Source: Thermodesulfobacteriota bacterium
Lineage (GTDB): Bacteria; Desulfobacterota; Desulfobacteria; Desulfobacterales; SURF-7
DNA length: 64,000 bases
NCBI GenBank assembly: GCA_049320885.1
Contig: JBMORA010000029.1
Location: forward strand, 63,516 to 127,515
Direction: 5' to 3'
Part shown: one piece after another, positions 9,830 through 18,265 of the stretch
Position numbering within the stretch: position 1 is the stretch's first letter
How the letters are laid out: every line of letters starts with the position of its first letter
The notes under the pieces: generated by a model
Databases searched by the model: none
What the model saw: only the letters and a program-made list of their open reading frames with translations
Told to the model about the DNA's origin: nothing
Made by a program: the position numbers and the translations under genes

Positions 9830-10144
9830 CTATTCGCCGTCTTCGTCAAGGCTGTCCTCAAGGCTGCGCTGGTCTTGTCCGGCAACCTGATCCAGGAATT
9901 CGCGGACAGCCGGAACAATATACATATCGTCCAGGGGCATGCGGCCGATGCAGGACGCCAGAATGGCGGCCTTGTCCCGCACGGGCTTGTGTTTGTCCAT
10001 GATGAACCGGAGCCGTCCCTTGACCTTGCAGAGTCCGCTCTTGACTTTTATACCCGGGGTTTCACGGAGATTTTGCTCGGTGACGGCGATATCGAGTTTT
10101 TCGGAAATGCTTTTCAGTTCGTTGTAGAGTTGTTCGGGTTTCAT
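9830..10144 (-). CDS. Small hypothetical protein
   Basis: About 104 aa from MKPEQLY; protein-like composition, co-oriented upstream of xseA. Confidence 0.65.
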   Translation of the reverse strand: MKPEQLYNELKSISEKLDIAVTEQNLRETPGIKVKSGLCKVKGRLRFIMDKHKPVRDKAAILASCIGRMPLDDMYIVPAVREFLDQVAGQDQRSLEDSLDEDGE

Positions 10145-10382
10145 GGTATATGTTCTCGCTGTGCTGGGCTGCGGGCAATAAATCATGTCGCGGCTCATGA
10201 ATCAAGCCATTTTTCCACTGCTCCCGGTGTGATGGTTTCGCAGTCATTCGGTTGTTTTGAGCTTGAAAAATGCTTGATCTGTGTTATCTTGCCGGTATAA
10301 ACAATCGTATCCACCATAGTCCGGTTGTTTATATTTGAACGGAACTTCACATGAGAAATGCGTAAGCAAGGAGGATCGCAAG

Positions 10383-11090
10383 ATGCAACATAGCATTGGA
10401 TATCAAGGTGCACAAACCCAGGTGGCCGTCAATTCGTTTATCCGATCGGTTTACAACTGGATGGCTGTGGGTCTGGCATTGACAGGCGTAGTGGCTTTCT
10501 GGGTCGCCGGCAGCGAGACCATGTTGAAGCTGATTTTCGGCAATCAACTGGTTTTTTGGGGATTGATCATCGGCGAGCTCGCCCTGGTTTTCAGTCTCAG
10601 CGCCAGGGTCCACCGGATGGAGGCTTCCACGGCAACCGGTTTGTTCCTGCTCTATTCGGCCCTGAACGGAGCCACCCTGGCTGCCATATTGCTGGCCTAT
10701 ACCATGAGTTCCATTGCCACGACGTTCTTCATTTGCGCCGGCACGTTTGCGGCGTGCAGCATTTACGGCATGACCACCAAACGGGATCTGACCGGTGTGG
10801 GGCAATTCATGTTCATGGGCCTGATTGGCATTGTCATTGCCACGGTTGTGAACCTGTTTGTGAAAAGCTCCGGAATGGAAATGATCATCAGTTATCTGGG
10901 CGTGTTCATTTTTGTGGGACTGACCGCCTATGACACCCAGAAGCTGAAAGAGATGGCCTTGAGTCAACCGGCCGGACTCGACGCGGCCGTCATCCGCAAG
11001 GGAGCCATTCTCGGCGCCCTTTCCCTGTATCTGGATTTTATTAATATGTTTTTGTTCTTGTTGCGGATTTTCGGCTCCAGCAGGGAATAA
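10383..11090 (+). CDS. Bax inhibitor-1/YccA family membrane protein
   Basis: Seven hydrophobic segments, TAYDTQKLK and ALSLYLDFINMF motifs; GGAGG ribosome-binding site before ATG 10383. Confidence 0.92.
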   Translation: MQHSIGYQGAQTQVAVNSFIRSVYNWMAVGLALTGVVAFWVAGSETMLKLIFGNQLVFWGLIIGELALVFSLSARVHRMEASTATGLFLLYSALNGATLAAILLAYTMSSIATTFFICAGTFAACSIYGMTTKRDLTGVGQFMFMGLIGIVIATVVNLFVKSSGMEMIISYLGVFIFVGLTAYDTQKLKEMALSQPAGLDAAVIRKGAILGALSLYLDFINMFLFLLRIFGSSRE

Positions 11091-11100
11091 CAAAATATGG

Positions 11101-12465
11101 TTATCCGATATGCTGCCGGATCACGTCGGCGATCCGGCGGCAGCAGGCGCTGGTCTGGGATGGCGTGGGACCTTCCACCATGACCCGGCAGATGGACTGG
11201 GTTCCGGAATAACGGACCAGCACCCTGCCCCGGCCTTTCAGTTCCTTTTCCGCCGCTGAAATCGCGGCGGCGATCTCCGGAATGGATTCCAGGGGAGGCT
11301 TGTGTTTTACCGTCACATTCACAAGCTCCTGGGGGAATATGTCCATCACCTGTTTCAGGACCGACAGCGGCTTGCCGGTGAGAACCATGGCTTCCATTAA
11401 TTGGATGGCTGCCAGAATCCCGTCCCCCGTGGTATGATGCTGTAAAAAAATCAAATGACCGGAATCCTCTCCCCCCAGCACGGACCCGTGCTGCCGCATG
11501 GCTTCCATGACAAAACGGTCTCCCACCTGGGCTGCGAAATGCCGGAGTCCCATTTTTTCCAACGCGGCGGTAAATCCCAGATTGCTCATAACCGTGCTGA
11601 CCACCAGGTCGCTGGTCATCCTGCCGCGTTGTTGCATGGCCTGGGCGCATACGGCCAGGATCTGATCGCCGGAAACCGGCGCGCCGGTTTCATCCACCGC
11701 CACCAACCGGTCGGCATCGCCGTCAAAGGCAAGCCCGATATCCGCGCCGGTCTCCCGGACGCTTCGAATGAGCGCCTGGGGATGCTCGGAACCGCAGTTT
11801 TCATTGATATTCCGGCCGTCAGGTTCGACGGACAGGACCTTCGACACCTCCGCTCCCCATTGTTGAAAGATGACGGGGGCCACCGGTGATGCCGCTCCAT
11901 TGGCGCAGTCCATGACGATTTTGAGCCTTCCACCAGCCTGTTTGTGTTCGCTGGTATTCAGGATGAAATCAATGTACTCCCCGGCTGCGTCGGGCATGGG
12001 CCGAATGCTGCCGATGCTCCGGATACCATGGGCCAAGGCGGTATGGGCGTCGGTCAGAACCAGGGATTCGATCTCCTCTTCCCAGGCCCGGGAGAGTTTA
12101 TACCCCTCGTGATCGAAGAGTTTAATGCCATTATCGTGATACGGATTGTGGGATGCGGAGACAACGATCCCGGCCCTGGCGCCCCGTTTTTTCACCAGAT
12201 GGGCGATCCCGGGAGTGGGCAGAACGCCGGTCAGCCATGCATTGCAGCCCATGGAAGCGATGCCGGCGGCCAGGGCGGATTCCAGCATGCCGCCGGATTC
12301 GCGTGTATCCTTGCCGATCAGAATGTCGGCCCCGCCCTGTCCCGCCGAACGCTGGGGCGCCATCAGAAACGCCACTGCCTTGCCGAGCCGCAGGGCCATT
12401 TCCGGTGTCATGGGATATTCGTTGGCGACGCCCCGCACGCCATCGGTTCCGAATAATGTTTTCAT
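11101..12465 (-). CDS. glmM: Phosphoglucosamine mutase
   Basis: FGTDGVRG, SASHNP (phospho-Ser loop), DGDADR, VRYSGT. Confidence 0.96.
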   Translation of the reverse strand: MKTLFGTDGVRGVANEYPMTPEMALRLGKAVAFLMAPQRSAGQGGADILIGKDTRESGGMLESALAAGIASMGCNAWLTGVLPTPGIAHLVKKRGARAGIVVSASHNPYHDNGIKLFDHEGYKLSRAWEEEIESLVLTDAHTALAHGIRSIGSIRPMPDAAGEYIDFILNTSEHKQAGGRLKIVMDCANGAASPVAPVIFQQWGAEVSKVLSVEPDGRNINENCGSEHPQALIRSVRETGADIGLAFDGDADRLVAVDETGAPVSGDQILAVCAQAMQQRGRMTSDLVVSTVMSNLGFTAALEKMGLRHFAAQVGDRFVMEAMRQHGSVLGGEDSGHLIFLQHHTTGDGILAAIQLMEAMVLTGKPLSVLKQVMDIFPQELVNVTVKHKPPLESIPEIAAAISAAEKELKGRGRVLVRYSGTQSICRVMVEGPTPSQTSACCRRIADVIRQHIG

Positions 12466-12493
12466 GGCGGTTTTCTTCCTTTGGTTTGGGATA

Positions 12494-13789
12494 TCAGGAA
12501 TGCTCGATGGGTTGGGGGGAAAAGTGAAATCCGGGCAGCAACATTGCCATCCTGTCTGTCAGACGGTCGATGACGGCCTGCAACCATTTAACCCCCATGG
12601 CGGCCTCTTCCGGCGGCAACTGCTGGATCACTTGCAGATACTGTCGTCCGTGGCACTGGATGCCCTTCCGGACGCATTCCAGAAATGGTTCCGATGACGC
12701 CTGGTTTTCCGCATGGTCCCAGGAATTCCGCAAAATTTCCTTTAGTTCGGTCCAATTTTCAACAAAGGCGCGCTGCTGCCGGATCAGGAGGAATGAATCG
12801 CCGGGTTGATCCGATTTCCGCTCCGGTTCCTGATCCGGAATCCGGAATCCATCAAGCGCGGCGGAAACTTTGTCCCGCAGAACCTGCAATTGCTTGATGC
12901 GTTCCTCCCATCCCATTTGCAGGGTGGATACTAGTCCGTTCCATAGCTCGGCGGAAAAGGATTCGGAAATGAACAGCGAACGCACTTGTCGATACCAGTG
13001 CATCAGCGCCGTCAGATTGGCAATATAGATCAAATTGTTGACAAGCGTGCGCTGGATGGACGGGAACCCGCCCCCGGAATAAGGTACGGAGCCCCCCCTG
13101 CCCATTCCGCCGAAAATCAGATTCCCGGGTTTATGCTCATCCTTGCGAACAATGGTGCCGGCTGCCGAAACCGTTCCGAACGCCAATCGGCAGGGGCCCA
13201 CGACGCCCCCCTGCCCTCCCAGAAAAATAGGATCTTGATTCAGCATGACACCCCGGGGCACGTCGCCGAAGAGCGATGGAGTGGCCTTATCCTGGTTGGG
13301 GGTGAAATTGAAATGGATGAAGGAACTGCCGACCTCGCTGTGGCGTTTCGGCCCGGTTCCGCCCGCCAGGAGGCAATCACAGAAATTGATCAGGCTTCCG
13401 AGGGTGGCGAAGGGGAACAGAATGGTCTGCTTCAAACCCACGGTGTGAGCTGCGCCGGCGTATTCCTCCAGAATCGTGCCTTCGCGCACCTGGGCCCCGG
13501 ATCCCACGACGGCCTTCTCCAAAAACACCGCCTTGCGGAAATATCCGCCTTTCAGTTCCACTCCAGGCCCCAGCAGGCAATCCTCCACGGTGGCGGGGCC
13601 CTCCCCTCCCAGTTTCACCCGCTCTGAAATCAGGGTGGTTTTTCCCAACAGTTTACAGCCCGGATAGATGATCGTACCATTTCCGGAAATTCTGTCGAGA
13701 TCGACGGTTTCATCCAGATAAACGGATAACGGGTTGGGGATCGAGACCCCCTTGCGTATCAGGGTTTCAATGCGTGCGGTCATTTCCAT
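12494..13789 (-). CDS. GlmU-like left-handed beta-helix protein with a C-terminal helical extension and no N-terminal uridyltransferase domain
   Basis: Begins at the GlmU linker/LbH region (LIRKGVSIPNP..VYLD), has hexapeptide repeats, and lies directly upstream of glmM. Confidence 0.7.
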   Translation of the reverse strand: MEMTARIETLIRKGVSIPNPLSVYLDETVDLDRISGNGTIIYPGCKLLGKTTLISERVKLGGEGPATVEDCLLGPGVELKGGYFRKAVFLEKAVVGSGAQVREGTILEEYAGAAHTVGLKQTILFPFATLGSLINFCDCLLAGGTGPKRHSEVGSSFIHFNFTPNQDKATPSLFGDVPRGVMLNQDPIFLGGQGGVVGPCRLAFGTVSAAGTIVRKDEHKPGNLIFGGMGRGGSVPYSGGGFPSIQRTLVNNLIYIANLTALMHWYRQVRSLFISESFSAELWNGLVSTLQMGWEERIKQLQVLRDKVSAALDGFRIPDQEPERKSDQPGDSFLLIRQQRAFVENWTELKEILRNSWDHAENQASSEPFLECVRKGIQCHGRQYLQVIQQLPPEEAAMGVKWLQAVIDRLTDRMAMLLPGFHFSPQPIEHS

Positions 13790-14039
13790 ATGTACGGATT
13801 TTTCTCGCCCAATCGGATGATATTGTCAAGGAATTCTTGATCCGTCGGTTCCAGGTGCCTCCTCCGCGGAAAGGAAGGGCATCGATGTTTTTGATTGAAT
13901 TTTGTGGAGTAAAAAGGTAGAATATCATAATTATTGGCTGTCGGAAGTTGTCACCGTCCAGGATACAGTTTCTCCTTTTCCGTAACCGCGATATATGGAT
14001 TTCCGTTGAGAAGACGGAGAGGATCACGATCAACCTCCA

Positions 14040-15692
14040 GTGGAGCGACAAATGCCCGCACCAAAGCCGACCGACCTGCCGCAATGGAGACAGTTGCAAC
14101 GAGCGGCGGAACAGATGAACCGGCCTGAGAAACACCTGCGTCACCTGCTCGAAAACCCTGATCGCATCCGCCGTTTCGCCAAAACCGGAGGCGGCCTGCT
14201 GTATGATTTCAGCCGCCAGCGCATGGACGACGAATGCCTGGCATTGCTGTTGGATTTGGCCAGGAGCCGGGATGCCCAGGGATTGTTTTCCGGCATGATC
14301 AGCGGGAAAAAGAGCAATGCTTCCGAAAACAGGGCCGCCCTTCACACGGCAACCCGCTGTTTTTCAGATGAACCCCTGGTGGTGGACGGGCACAATGTCA
14401 TGCCGGACATTCTGAAGGTGAAGGAGGACATCCGGCGGTTCTCCATCGAAGTACATAACGGCCGGATTCACGGCGCCGACGGCAAGCCCTTCACGGATAT
14501 CGTGGTGATCGGTATCGGCGGTTCCTATTTGGGGACCGAATTCGTGGCCGCGGCCCTGAAGTTTTACGCAGACAAAGGCCTGGGTCTGCATTTTCTGTCC
14601 AATGTGGATATTCATAATTTCGGTGAAATCGTCTCTGCCATCCAACCGGAGACGACCCTCTGGATCATCATCTCGAAAAGTTATACGACCGTCGAAACCA
14701 TGGCCAACGCCAATCTGGCATACGCCTTCATGAAACAACGGGGCATCGACCCCGAGAAGCATGTGGTGACGGTCACCAGCAAAGGCAGTCCCGGAGACGA
14801 TCCGTCCAACCCGGTTCTGGCTTCCTTTCATATGTTCGACTTCATCGGCGGCAGATACAGTGTCACCTCGGCCGTGGGAGGCGTTCCGCTGAGCCTTTAC
14901 CTCGGGTATGAACGCTTCGAGCGCTTTCTGAAGGGCGCCGGCGAAATGGATCGCCATGCCGCCGAAGCGCCGCCCGAAGAGAACCTGCCCTTGATCGCCG
15001 CGCTGATCGGTATCTGGAACAACAATTTTTTAGGGTATCCGGCCCAGGGCATCATCCCCTATGCCTCGCCCCTTTCCAAACTGGCACCCCATATCCAGCA
15101 GTTGTACATGGAAAGCAACGGCAAATCCGTCACCACGGACGGAGACAAAACCGGTCATGAAACCGGCGTGATCATATTCGGTGAGCCGGGTACAAACGCC
15201 CAGCATTCTTTTTTCCAGCTGGCCCATCAGGGCAGGACTTTCCCAATTGATTTCATAGGAGTTCTCACCCCCCTGTACGACGCCTATCCATCCAGGTACA
15301 AAGGCGTGACCAATCATCAGGAGCTATGGGCCAATTTGATTTCACAACCCACCGCCCTGGCCTTGGGCAAGGAGGATGGCAATCCGTTCCGATGCTTTTC
15401 CGGCAACCGGCCTTCATCAACGATTCTGTTGACGGATCTGACCCCGGAAAACATCGGCCGCCTTCTGTCCTTTTACGAGGCCCGCACGGTTTTTGAAGCC
15501 TTTCTGTGGAATATAAATCCCTTTGACCAATTCGGTGTGGAGCTGGGTAAAACCCTGGCGGACGGGATTCGGGAGGAAATGAAGCGCCGCAACCATGATC
15601 CGGATCACCGCTTTTCCGGCCGGGACCCCATTTCCGCTTTCTACTTGAATTCATTATTCAACGGACGGATACATCTTGACAGCCAAAAATAA
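14040..15692 (+). CDS. pgi: Glucose-6-phosphate isomerase
   Basis: ENRAALHTA, IGIGGSYLG, GGRYSV, MESNGK, FDQFGVELGK. Confidence 0.96.
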   Translation: MERQMPAPKPTDLPQWRQLQRAAEQMNRPEKHLRHLLENPDRIRRFAKTGGGLLYDFSRQRMDDECLALLLDLARSRDAQGLFSGMISGKKSNASENRAALHTATRCFSDEPLVVDGHNVMPDILKVKEDIRRFSIEVHNGRIHGADGKPFTDIVVIGIGGSYLGTEFVAAALKFYADKGLGLHFLSNVDIHNFGEIVSAIQPETTLWIIISKSYTTVETMANANLAYAFMKQRGIDPEKHVVTVTSKGSPGDDPSNPVLASFHMFDFIGGRYSVTSAVGGVPLSLYLGYERFERFLKGAGEMDRHAAEAPPEENLPLIAALIGIWNNNFLGYPAQGIIPYASPLSKLAPHIQQLYMESNGKSVTTDGDKTGHETGVIIFGEPGTNAQHSFFQLAHQGRTFPIDFIGVLTPLYDAYPSRYKGVTNHQELWANLISQPTALALGKEDGNPFRCFSGNRPSSTILLTDLTPENIGRLLSFYEARTVFEAFLWNINPFDQFGVELGKTLADGIREEMKRRNHDPDHRFSGRDPISAFYLNSLFNGRIHLDSQK

Positions 15693-15704
15693 ATCACCTA
15701 AAGT
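15676..15704 (+). promoter_or_regulatory. Putative sigma70 promoter for the CheY-CheC-GGDEF cassette
   Basis: TTGACA (15676-15681), 17-nt spacer, TAAAGT. Confidence 0.4.
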
Positions 15705-15779
15705 GATCCGGTCATCTTATAACTACCGGTAACCAGTGATTATTTCTTTAGCATCTATTATGAAAAAGGTGATCTTGCC

Positions 15780-16169
15780 ATGATTAATAAAATTTTGATC
15801 GTTGATGATTCTCCAGTGGCGCGCAGAATGCTTAGAACCAGTATTCCCAAAGACAAAGGCTACGAGATTTTCGAGGCTTCCAATGGTCAGGACGGAGTTG
15901 AAAAATATCAGGAATTGAAGCCCGATGTTGTCTTTATGGATCTGACAATGCCCGTGCTGGATGGTTATCAGGCAACGGCCAAAATCCGGGAGCTGGACAA
16001 AAATGCTACCATTATTGTGACAACCGCGGACATTCAACCCAAATCCATCGCCAGTGTCATGGAACTCGGTGCGTTTACGCTGCTGAAAAAACCGGCCAAG
16101 GCGGAATCCATCAAGGAGGCCCTCAGCAAAGTCGAAATGAAGCTGAAAAAGCTCCGGGAGAACAAATGA
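15780..16169 (+). CDS. Single-domain response regulator (CheY-like)
   Basis: ILIVDDS, DLTMPVLDG, conserved Thr and KP. Confidence 0.9.
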   Translation: MINKILIVDDSPVARRMLRTSIPKDKGYEIFEASNGQDGVEKYQELKPDVVFMDLTMPVLDGYQATAKIRELDKNATIIVTTADIQPKSIASVMELGAFTLLKKPAKAESIKEALSKVEMKLKKLRENK

Positions 16170-16813
16170 TGACACCTGAAGTCCCTGATATTTTTTCCGA
16201 TGAAGAAAAGGATATCTTGCAGGAAATCATGAATATCGCTTTTGGCAACGCCACGGCCGACCTGGCCGATGTGGTCGATATTTATGTCAAACTAAGTGTG
16301 CCCAGTGTTCAGGTAATCGGTATCGGGGCCCTTCCCGATTATTTGAAAACCACCATTAAAACCGACGGCACCAGCAACATCATCGAACAGAAATTCTGGG
16401 GCAATTTCAAAGGATCCGGTCTCCTGGTGTTTCCCGGCGGAACGGAACGGGATCTCATGGCCATCCTGGAGGATCAGGACCGGGAAGAGGTGACCACCAC
16501 CCAGATGGCCACCCTGGAAAAAGGCGGCTTGCTGGAAATCGGTAATATCCTGATCGGCGCCTGTGTGGGCAAGGTATCCGAACTGCTGGATACCTTCGTC
16601 ACCTATTCCCCACCACAGGTTCTTCAGGGAGACACCCACGACTGCAATTTCCTGGTGGAGCAGTTCGATCCGACGCAGACGGCCATCGTCATGAAAACCC
16701 TTTTTACCTTCAGGGAGAAGGACATCAGCGGCTTTCTATTGATTCTGACCAATCACGAATCCATCGGTTGGCTGCGCAAGGCATTGAAAAATTTTATGGA
16801 TTCCTACGAATGA
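16166..16813 (+). CDS. cheC: CheC family phosphatase
   Basis: Two ExxN motifs (EIMNIAFG, EIGNILIG); ATGA overlap with the upstream gene. Confidence 0.85.
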   Translation: MMTPEVPDIFSDEEKDILQEIMNIAFGNATADLADVVDIYVKLSVPSVQVIGIGALPDYLKTTIKTDGTSNIIEQKFWGNFKGSGLLVFPGGTERDLMAILEDQDREEVTTTQMATLEKGGLLEIGNILIGACVGKVSELLDTFVTYSPPQVLQGDTHDCNFLVEQFDPTQTAIVMKTLFTFREKDISGFLLILTNHESIGWLRKALKNFMDSYE

Positions 16814-17715
16814 TCGTTTCCCAAATTTTCGATATGCTGGATGCGGGGATTGTCGTCCTCGACCGGGATTTGAATGTCTTCAAATGGAATCGGTGGATGT
16901 CGACCCACAGCAAAATTTCCGCCGATCAAATCGTTGGCAAACCGCTTTTCGACTTTTATCCGGAACTCAAAAGCTCCTGGTTCCTGCGCAACTGTAAATC
17001 CGTTTTCACTTTCGGGAATTTCGCCTTTATTTCGCAGAAACTTCACAAATACTGCTTCCCGTTTAAATCCTACTACAACACCCTGGGATACCGCTTCGAT
17101 TACATGCAGCAAAGCTGCACCGTCGGTCCATTGCGCGCTGCGAACAATGAAATCCAGTATATTTACATCACGGTCCAGGATGTGACCGAAATAGTGGCCT
17201 ACGAGCAAAAGCTCATTGAAATGAACATCAAGGACGGACTGACCGGCGTCTACAACCGCCGGTTTTTCGAACCGCGGCTGGCGGAAGAATTTCAGCGGCA
17301 TCGACGCTACAACCGCTCCTTGAGTCTGATCATGATGGATATCGACCACTTCAAGCAGATCAATGACAATTACGGTCATCAGGCCGGGGATCACATCCTG
17401 AGATCCCTGACAGCCCTGGTGGAGAAAATCATCCGGAACGTCGATATCTTCGCGCGCTACGGCGGGGAGGAATTCTGCTGCCTCCTGCCGGAAACCAGCG
17501 TTGAATCGGCAAAAGTGGTGGCGGAAAACATCCGTAAAAAAGTGGAGAACGAAGGCTTTCTATTCAAGGACACGGAAATCAAGCTGACGGTCAGCCAGGG
17601 ACTGGCATTCCTCCATAAAGATACGGAAAACGCCGAATCCCTGCTGAAAAAAGCCGATGATGCCCTCTATGAAGCCAAGAAAACCGGCCGGAACAAGGTC
17701 GTTACCGCCAGATAA
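16810..17715 (+). CDS. PAS-GGDEF diguanylate cyclase
   Basis: N-terminal PAS-like region, DGLTGVYNRR, DIDHFKQIND, RxxD I-site (RNVD), GGEEF; ATGA overlap with cheC. Confidence 0.92.
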   Translation: MIVSQIFDMLDAGIVVLDRDLNVFKWNRWMSTHSKISADQIVGKPLFDFYPELKSSWFLRNCKSVFTFGNFAFISQKLHKYCFPFKSYYNTLGYRFDYMQQSCTVGPLRAANNEIQYIYITVQDVTEIVAYEQKLIEMNIKDGLTGVYNRRFFEPRLAEEFQRHRRYNRSLSLIMMDIDHFKQINDNYGHQAGDHILRSLTALVEKIIRNVDIFARYGGEEFCCLLPETSVESAKVVAENIRKKVENEGFLFKDTEIKLTVSQGLAFLHKDTENAESLLKKADDALYEAKKTGRNKVVTAR

Positions 17716-17779
17716 GACCTCGCCGCTTCACTTCCAACAATCGCGGCGATGCCCCGTCATTCGCCCCCTTTCGCATCCG

Positions 17780-18244
17780 TCACCATTTTTCAGAGCAGGC
17801 CTCGATGGTGAAATTGCCGTGGGTAGTGCCATAGGGCAGCGCCACCACGGGCCGGCCGGTCAGGTGGGTTATGGGGTGGGACGGCCCCATTTGCACGGAT
17901 GACATTTTTGCCTTCAGTTTTTTTCCCGACTCAGCCAGCTTGATGGTCGCCTGACCGGAAATCATGTTGGCAATCTCTCCCACCGCATCCTTGATTTCAT
18001 CGTTCAGATGTTTCATTTCCTCCCCGAACATGGCGGATACGATATGCAGGATAAGACTTTCAGAAAAACTGACGGCGATGCTCCCCTTGAAGTCCCCGCT
18101 GACGTCGATCAGGCCGCTGATGGCCCCGGGGGCGGTTTGATCCTGCTTGAGATAGGGCTTTTTTGCCTTGGCGGTTGTGCCTGCGGTGGTTTCAAGGATA
18201 TGCAGGGTCGCTTCGATGAATTTGTTGACGCAATCGGCATCCAT
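17780..18244 (-). CDS. cheX: CheX phosphatase
   Basis: Single DAVGEIANMISG motif, 154 aa. Confidence 0.88.
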   Translation of the reverse strand: MDADCVNKFIEATLHILETTAGTTAKAKKPYLKQDQTAPGAISGLIDVSGDFKGSIAVSFSESLILHIVSAMFGEEMKHLNDEIKDAVGEIANMISGQATIKLAESGKKLKAKMSSVQMGPSHPITHLTGRPVVALPYGTTHGNFTIEACSEKW

Positions 18245-18265
18245 GGTCGTGTGTTTTTTCCTGTT

